64,000 bases of DNA from the human T2T-CHM13v2.0 reference genome, Homo sapiens, in the NCBI RefSeq assembly GCF_009914755.1, contig NC_060937.1. The stretch is one strand, 5' to 3'. Under the pieces are notes generated by a model. It was not told the origin of the DNA, ran no database searches, and saw nothing but the letters and a program-made list of their open reading frames with translations. Numbering within the stretch: position 1 is the stretch's first letter; each line of letters starts with the position of its first letter. The translations under genes and the position numbers were made by a program. Positions 55,801 through 64,000 of this stretch are shown here, in pieces.

Positions 55801-57284
55801 TTTACTCATGTGAATATAACCTCCTTATGAATATAAGGTATATAATAATCATACACATATTTTTACACAAGACCACTGCCAGTTAGAAATAATAGAGTGC
55901 AAACATCAAAAGTCCTCTGTAAATCAAATAAAGAGAAGCAGATATAAAGGGCACTAAATAATATATCAAATAACTAAGTTTCTCTGTATAGAACAGAACA
56001 GATGTAACCACTACTAAGAACATTTTAGTACATGTGTCTAAAACCCACATAATTTGTCTGATGGATATTAGGAAAGAAGGAACAAAGGGAACTATAAAAA
56101 TAATCATCTTGAGACAGTATCTTTGTTGGCTCTGAATCTTATAAAAGCTAATAAAAACTACTTGTCTCTGGAATTAAAAGGATCATTCAAGTGTCCTTGG
56201 ACTTGCAGGGAAAGAGCATATACAACTGTTATCTAGACTTTTGTCTCCATAAAATGGGTAAATATCTTCTGTAATAGTTGCTTCTTTCACTATGAATTTC
56301 TGGTGAGTATTTTTTGTTTGTTTGTTTGTTGTTTTCCTTGCTGGCAGCACTCTTTTTTAATGCATATTAGAATACAGACTGCTGAAAAACAAAGCTTAAA
56401 AGTGTGCATAGTTTTACTTAATGAAAAGCAGTTTTATATTTCACATGGAGATTGTCATCTCTTCTGCCCTCTGCTGATGGGATTTGCTCATATTAATTTC
56501 AAAGCCTGCTGTTCCTTTCTAAACTAGTAAAGGTAGGAGGAGGGTTTTTAACATTAAAGCTAAATTATGCAATTTTTTATTTTCTATAATTATACAGATT
56601 TTCATATAAAATTGAGGAATCTGGATAATCTCAATTATAAAGAAAACCATAATTGAGTTAAATATGTTTTCTTCTCTTATATCTCGCAAACATCAAAAAC
56701 ACTATAAATGAAGTTACAGTAATGATTTCTAATCAGTTTTATAATTTGGTTATCAGACACGTTTTAAAGTCAGGAAAAAATAGTAACAAAAAAAAAATAG
56801 AAGATTTCCACAGTATTTTGTGCTTGTCATGTAGGCTATGTAGACTGTAACTTGTAATCTACTGGATTTCACATTTCTAACCTTGAACTAAGAAGCAAAA
56901 CAAAATGAAAAATAAAGTATGGCATGCACATTCTTTCTTTCCAGATAACATAAACCCTCCATGATCTTTACAAGAGGTATTTTGTTCTTTGTTTGTTTTC
57001 TTGTTTTTAGCTATTTTCAGTTCTGTATCTTCTTTACTCTTCATTTCTTTCTGGCAGATTGCTAGAATATTTTTCTGCCATTTAAAAAAATCAACTTTTA
57101 CTCTATTAAAAAATCACACTTTTTATTTTAAGCATGGTGCCTCCAGCAATAAAATAGGTCTGTATTTTGAGGCTGTTTTGAAAAATTCTGTCATGTTAAG
57201 GAGCCTTTGTTTTAGTATGCTCACATGTTTTGAAGTGACATGAATTTTCTCTAAAGTTGAAAGTAAAAGTAAATGGTTAATAAA

Positions 57285-57520
57285 TTCTTATCAAGGTTTC
57301 AGTAGTGGCCCTTTAGCAGACAAATATGGATTGAAATCTCAGTCTTTATTCTTTGGTAAGCTATTTTACTTCTCTATGCTTCAATATCCTCACTGATAAA
57401 ACAGAGATGATAATGACTACTCCAGTGAAGAGTCATAAAGATTTAATTAAATAATATACATAAATTACAAATGAAAGATTTTGCTATATAGTGACCATTT
57501 TGGAAATATATCCACTTATT
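57285..57520 (+). mobile_element. MIR SINE
   Basis: ttggtaagctattttacttctctatgcttcaatatcctcactgataaaacagagatgataat. Confidence 0.65.
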
Positions 57521-58185
57521 ATCAAAAAAAACTAGATGCTAAATTGAGGTAAGATGAAGAAAACCAAGACGGCAAGAAATGATTAGATTGATATAACAGG
57601 TGGTTTAAAATTTATGTGTCCATATTGCTAACTCAGTTATATCTGAATGGCTTTTTGTTTAAAATTAATTCTTTAGGAGACTATAACACAATATATACCA
57701 GACATTATTATTTTAATGAAATATCCAGAAGGTTTAGGATTAGCATTTCCTTAAGCACAAACATTGGCTTTACAGTGTGACTGCCAGAGAGAGACAGATT
57801 ATTACTGCTGACACAAAAAACTATGAAACACCACAAATGTGTTTACTTTCCAGACACATTAAAGAGCTTCAGACATGAGGCCATATTATAAGCATATGTT
57901 GATGAATGAAACAAGCATAATCTGTCGTCTTATAAACTTTGATGCAACTCAGATGGACAGACAAATAAAGAGCATGTAAATCAGTGACAAAAAAGTATGT
58001 CATTAAAAATTGTTATAAATACCTTGATTAAAAATGGAAAATGCTGAGGTAGAGATTAGCAGAGTGAGGGAAGGAAAGCCTTCTTAGAGAAATGAAGGTA
58101 GACAGAAGTCAGAGAAGAGAAAAAAATGATTGAAATAAGAATCAAAGAATAAAGAAAAGCCAGTAATGTAAAGAAAGGGGAATAG

Positions 58186-58500
58186 GCCTTTGCAGCAACT
58201 TGGATGGAGTTGGAGGCCATTAATTCTAAGTAACTCAGGAACGGAAATCCAAATAGCACATGTTCTCACTTCTAAGTGGAAGCTAAGCTATGAGAACACA
58301 AATGCGTAAGAATGATATAATCAACTTTGGGGAACTCTGGGGAAAGAGTAGGAGTGAGATGAGGGAGAAACGACTACATATTGGATTCAGTGTACACTGT
58401 TTGGGTGACAGATGCACCAAAATCTAGAAGGCACCACTAAATAACTTATCCATGCAACCAAAACTACCTGTTCCTCAAAAACCATTGAAATTAAAATAAA
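58186..58500 (+). mobile_element. L1PB 3' end
   Basis: tttgcagcaacttggatggagttggaggcc...gtgtacactgtttgggtgacagatgcaccaaaatc...ttatccatgcaaccaaaa. Confidence 0.9.
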
Positions 58501-58616
58501 ACTTAAAAACACAATGAATTTAGAGCAACCTAAAAAAAAAAGAAATGAAACAGCAAATGTAAAGGTCTAAAATGAACAAGAGTTGGATGGTATAGGAGTT
58601 TAAAGCTAACTATTTA

Positions 58617-59174
58617 CAGTCATGAGCCAGATAATGATGTTTAGGTTAATGACATGCTACATATAATAGTGGTCCCACTATAGTATGATATAATATATAA
58701 TATTATAGTATAATATTAATATTAATATCATATTTTATTATTATATTTATTATAATACATATTATAATATATTATACATTAAAATATATTATAGTAATAT
58801 ATTTTATTATTATATTTATTAATTTATTAATAAAATATTGTATTTATTAATAAAAATATTATGTTTATTAATATAATATACTATTAACATAATATAATAG
58901 TATACTATAATATTTTTACTGTACCTTTTTACATTTAGACAGGTTCAGATATACAAATATCGTTTTGTTACAATTGCCTACAGTATTTAGTACAGTGACA
59001 TTCTATATATGTTTGTGGCTTAGGAACAATAGGCTATAACATATAGCTGAGGTGTACAGTAGTCTATGCCATCTAGATTTGTGTAAATATACTCTATGAT
59101 GTTCCCACAGTGTCAAAATCATCTAACAACACATTTCTCTGAATATATTCCTGTCTGTAATCCACACATGACTG
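58617..59174. mobile_element. Tigger3a/MER7 (Golem) MITE with an internal AT expansion
   Basis: TIRs cagtcatg.../...catgactg with TA target duplication; ttacaattgcctacagtatttagtacagt core. Confidence 0.88.
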
Positions 59175-59436
59175 TATCTGCAACACATTAAAGAAGAGAA
59201 TAATTTGAAATAATTTTGAAAAGGTAATGAGAGGAAATCATGGAGTGCCTTACAGACCATATTAAGAAATTTACGTTTTATTCTCAGGAACATAGAAAGT
59301 CACTGGGTGGTTTGAATCAGGTGATTGATAAGGTCAAATTTATATTGTAGAAGAACCATATTGTCAGTCATATGAAGATCTGCTACAGTGTCTGTACTGT
59401 GCTTTGAAAATACGTTTATACTGACAAAGGGATGTT

Positions 59437-59475
<39 letters not shown>
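59437..59475. repeat. (TG)n microsatellite
   Basis: Direct reading. Confidence 0.95.
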
Positions 59476-60252
59476 ATTTGTTTACTTAACAACTATAGGG
59501 CCTAAATCCGTAATTCTCATTCCTGGAGTGGTTGATCAACATCTGAAAGATTGATCTGGAGTCTACACTATGGAAATAATTCTGCCCAGCCCTTCACATA
59601 AACCTGTTTAACAACAATGGTTAGTACATTTTCATTTTTTTCAAAACTTTTCCAAAATGTTTTGAAAAATGATACACTGCTTTGCACATTTTAAAATTAT
59701 ATTTCAAATATTTTTATCAGAATTATAAGTGTTGCTAAAAGAGCAATTTTTACTATATTATAAATTATGACATTTTAAAACTAGACCATTGACATTACAA
59801 AATTAAACCATTCTTTTAACAAATATAACCAATAGAATCTAAAGTCATTTTATACTAACTGTCATTCATGTAAAAATACCTACAAAAATGTTATTTGGCT
59901 GCAATTTTAAATATTTCCATTTACCTGTTAATCAATATTTCCATTTACCTTTTTTACAGGATTCTACCTGAATGTAATCTATTTGATTGGATTATTTTAT
60001 TGGGCATTTGTTATGTTGCTCTATAATAAAAACAGTGTAAATTGAAATATTTTTCTAATTAATTGTTTTTAATTATTTTCATTTTGAAAATTATTTATTG
60101 GGCCAATTCATCTACTTTTTGTAACTAATTATATCTCATTGGGTCATCACTATCTGGAACTTTCCAATCTGATAGGGAATTAATAATGTACTCAATAATC
60201 ATTAATGCACTTTCTTGTGACTTGCACTTCTTGATGACCCAATCCCTAGCAC

Positions 60253-61957
<1,705 letters not shown>

Positions 61958-64000
61958 ACAGTGGGTTTGTAGACATGAGAATAAAATCAACATGTATTTA
62001 GAAATAGAGTCTAGCAGAAAAGCAAGTTTCCACTCTTCATTAACCTACCTCTTCTCTCAACTTGAGAACAAGCTCAGTAACAGGCATGCTCGTCTCAATC
62101 AGTGCTCTGTATGTCTGTGGATCACCTAGTTTTCTTAGAAGTTAGGGAGTTTTCTTAGAGGTGTTCTGGAGTGCAATGTTTCTAGGGTTGCCTGATACAG
62201 TGGGGAACAAGAATCGTGGTGCAGAAAGACTTGGCATGGAGTTCTCTGAATGATTTACTGGTGAGAATTCTTAGTACAGATGTTTCACAGTTACCTCCTT
62301 GCATGATCATTGGATAGTGTCTCAGCTCACACATAAAAGACAAAGCAAGGCAAAGACCTGATGAACTCAACTAGAACAGATAAAATAAGCCAACATTAGA
62401 ATTTAAAATTTTACAATGTAAATACACGCTGAAGAGAAGAATAAGCAAAAAATGCCTGCTCCTCCTGATTTTTGTTTCAGTCACCAAAAATGATAACACT
62501 GAAACAAAACAAGAGGGCTTAGATGACTACATTGGAAACTGTAGAGTACCCTTTTGCTGTGGAGCCACTTTTAGACTGCAACTAAGTGGTTTTATATTCT
62601 ACAACTCTAATATCAGGGAGGCAAGGCTGGAAGCCCCGTACCTCATCAGAACCTAGGAGGTACAGAAAATTGTCTTATGACAGCCTGCAGTGGGAGATAT
62701 GGAAGTAAGTGAGTAAATGCCTCACCAGATCTTTGCAAACCTGCCATCCTGTTGTGTTTTTCTTGGAACATGATCACAAGACATCCTTCCAAGACTCAAA
62801 TTAGCAGTGGCTCAAGCCTTTACCTATGTGGCCTATTCAGACGTGCTGAAGGTCAGCAGGGTGGCATGGTGGAGTTTTACCCTTACAGACGGCAGGTGGA
62901 CTAGAGTTTTATATGCAAGCAATAGAAGAAAGCCTGATTCAACAAAGCCCCAAGATATTTAAACAACAGTGCTCTCAAATGGTCCTTTATGAAGCACTTG
63001 ACTGGCACCTCCAGGCTATATTCTCCAATTCTAATATACCCAGAGGCCTACTAACTTCTGTTTCTCTCTCCTTCAAGTCCTTCTTATCACTTTTCTCATC
63101 AAGTGCCCTTTGTTTGTCATAATAAACTCTCTAAAAAGCAAATCAATAATCCATTAAAACCAAAAAATAAAAACAAAAAAACATTTCATGGCATCAGCAA
63201 CTGAAGAAGAAATGAAACACAAGAAATGAGAAAGTTATTAGTCTTGGCCTTCCTCAGTTCTCCAAAATGTATATCACATTTACTGCAGTGAAGGAAAATA
63301 GAGCAGAAAAGAAAAAAAAAAAAACAAGAAAGGGAAAGGAAAACTACCGTATCAGTATGTTAAAATATATTGAATTTGCATACCTTTCCTTATAAAGAAT
63401 TTATTAACGGATTGGGTGGCATCAAAGGGTGAATGTGCGAAGAAGAGAGTCAAGAAGGAATTCACCTCTCTGATTTCAACACTGATTTGACTGCTTCTTT
63501 GTTCACTCATTGGTGCAAAGAATATTTATTTATATGTGTAATACTTATTATTACACATATTATAACAGCACCTAGAACTCACTAAGTTCTAGGTGCTGTT
63601 ATAGACACAGGGATTGAGAAAGAATAATTCCTTTGTCTCTGCCATTCTAATTAATGGTAGCCCTTTAACTTAATTAAATACAAATGGCTTAAAGAGATAA
63701 AGGTAGGAGGTGGATATTGTTAAGCAATTTTACTAAGTATTTCTTCCTTACTTTTCTTTCAAGCTTATTCTCTCATGATTTTGCACTCTTGGGCTGCTCT
63801 GAAATTGGTCTGTCATTAGCCATTTGGATCAGATATTTCAAGTTGATATTTTTTTATTTAAAATTTTGCTTTCCTTGAAAGACTACATTTTGAATTGTTC
63901 TTCCTTTAATGGAGCATGACGGAACCAAGTCTTTACCCTGGAACTCTCTACTTAATGTGAATGGAATTCAGAAAGCTTAGATCTTTGACTCCAATTGCAG

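Overview
AT-rich primate (human-like) nuclear DNA, intergenic or deep intronic. I found no intact protein-coding gene: every recognisable ORF in the track derives from a repeat or pseudogene. Main contents: (1) a ~4 kb ancient NUMT (ND4-tRNA His/Ser/Leu-ND5-ND6) interrupted by a solo LTR; (2) a tailless, 5'-inverted L1PA fragment; (3) a 5'-truncated ARPC2 retrocopy nested in an old L1 5'UTR; (4) many Alus, MaLR/ERV solo LTRs (LTR7/HERV-H, LTR17/HERV-W, MER9/HML-3, MER4, THE1, MLT), Tigger/MER DNA transposons and L2/MIR relics. The most unusual signal is a set of locally templated insertions visible directly in the sequence: a fold-back at the right NUMT junction, a two-template cassette at 12130-12330, and an older copy at 46437-46531 whose donor kept its CpGs. 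A few repeat-free blocks carry PBX-HOX/MEIS motifs. I see no evidence for a new protein-coding system. Repeat subfamily names come from my recall of consensus sequences and need RepeatMasker/Dfam confirmation.
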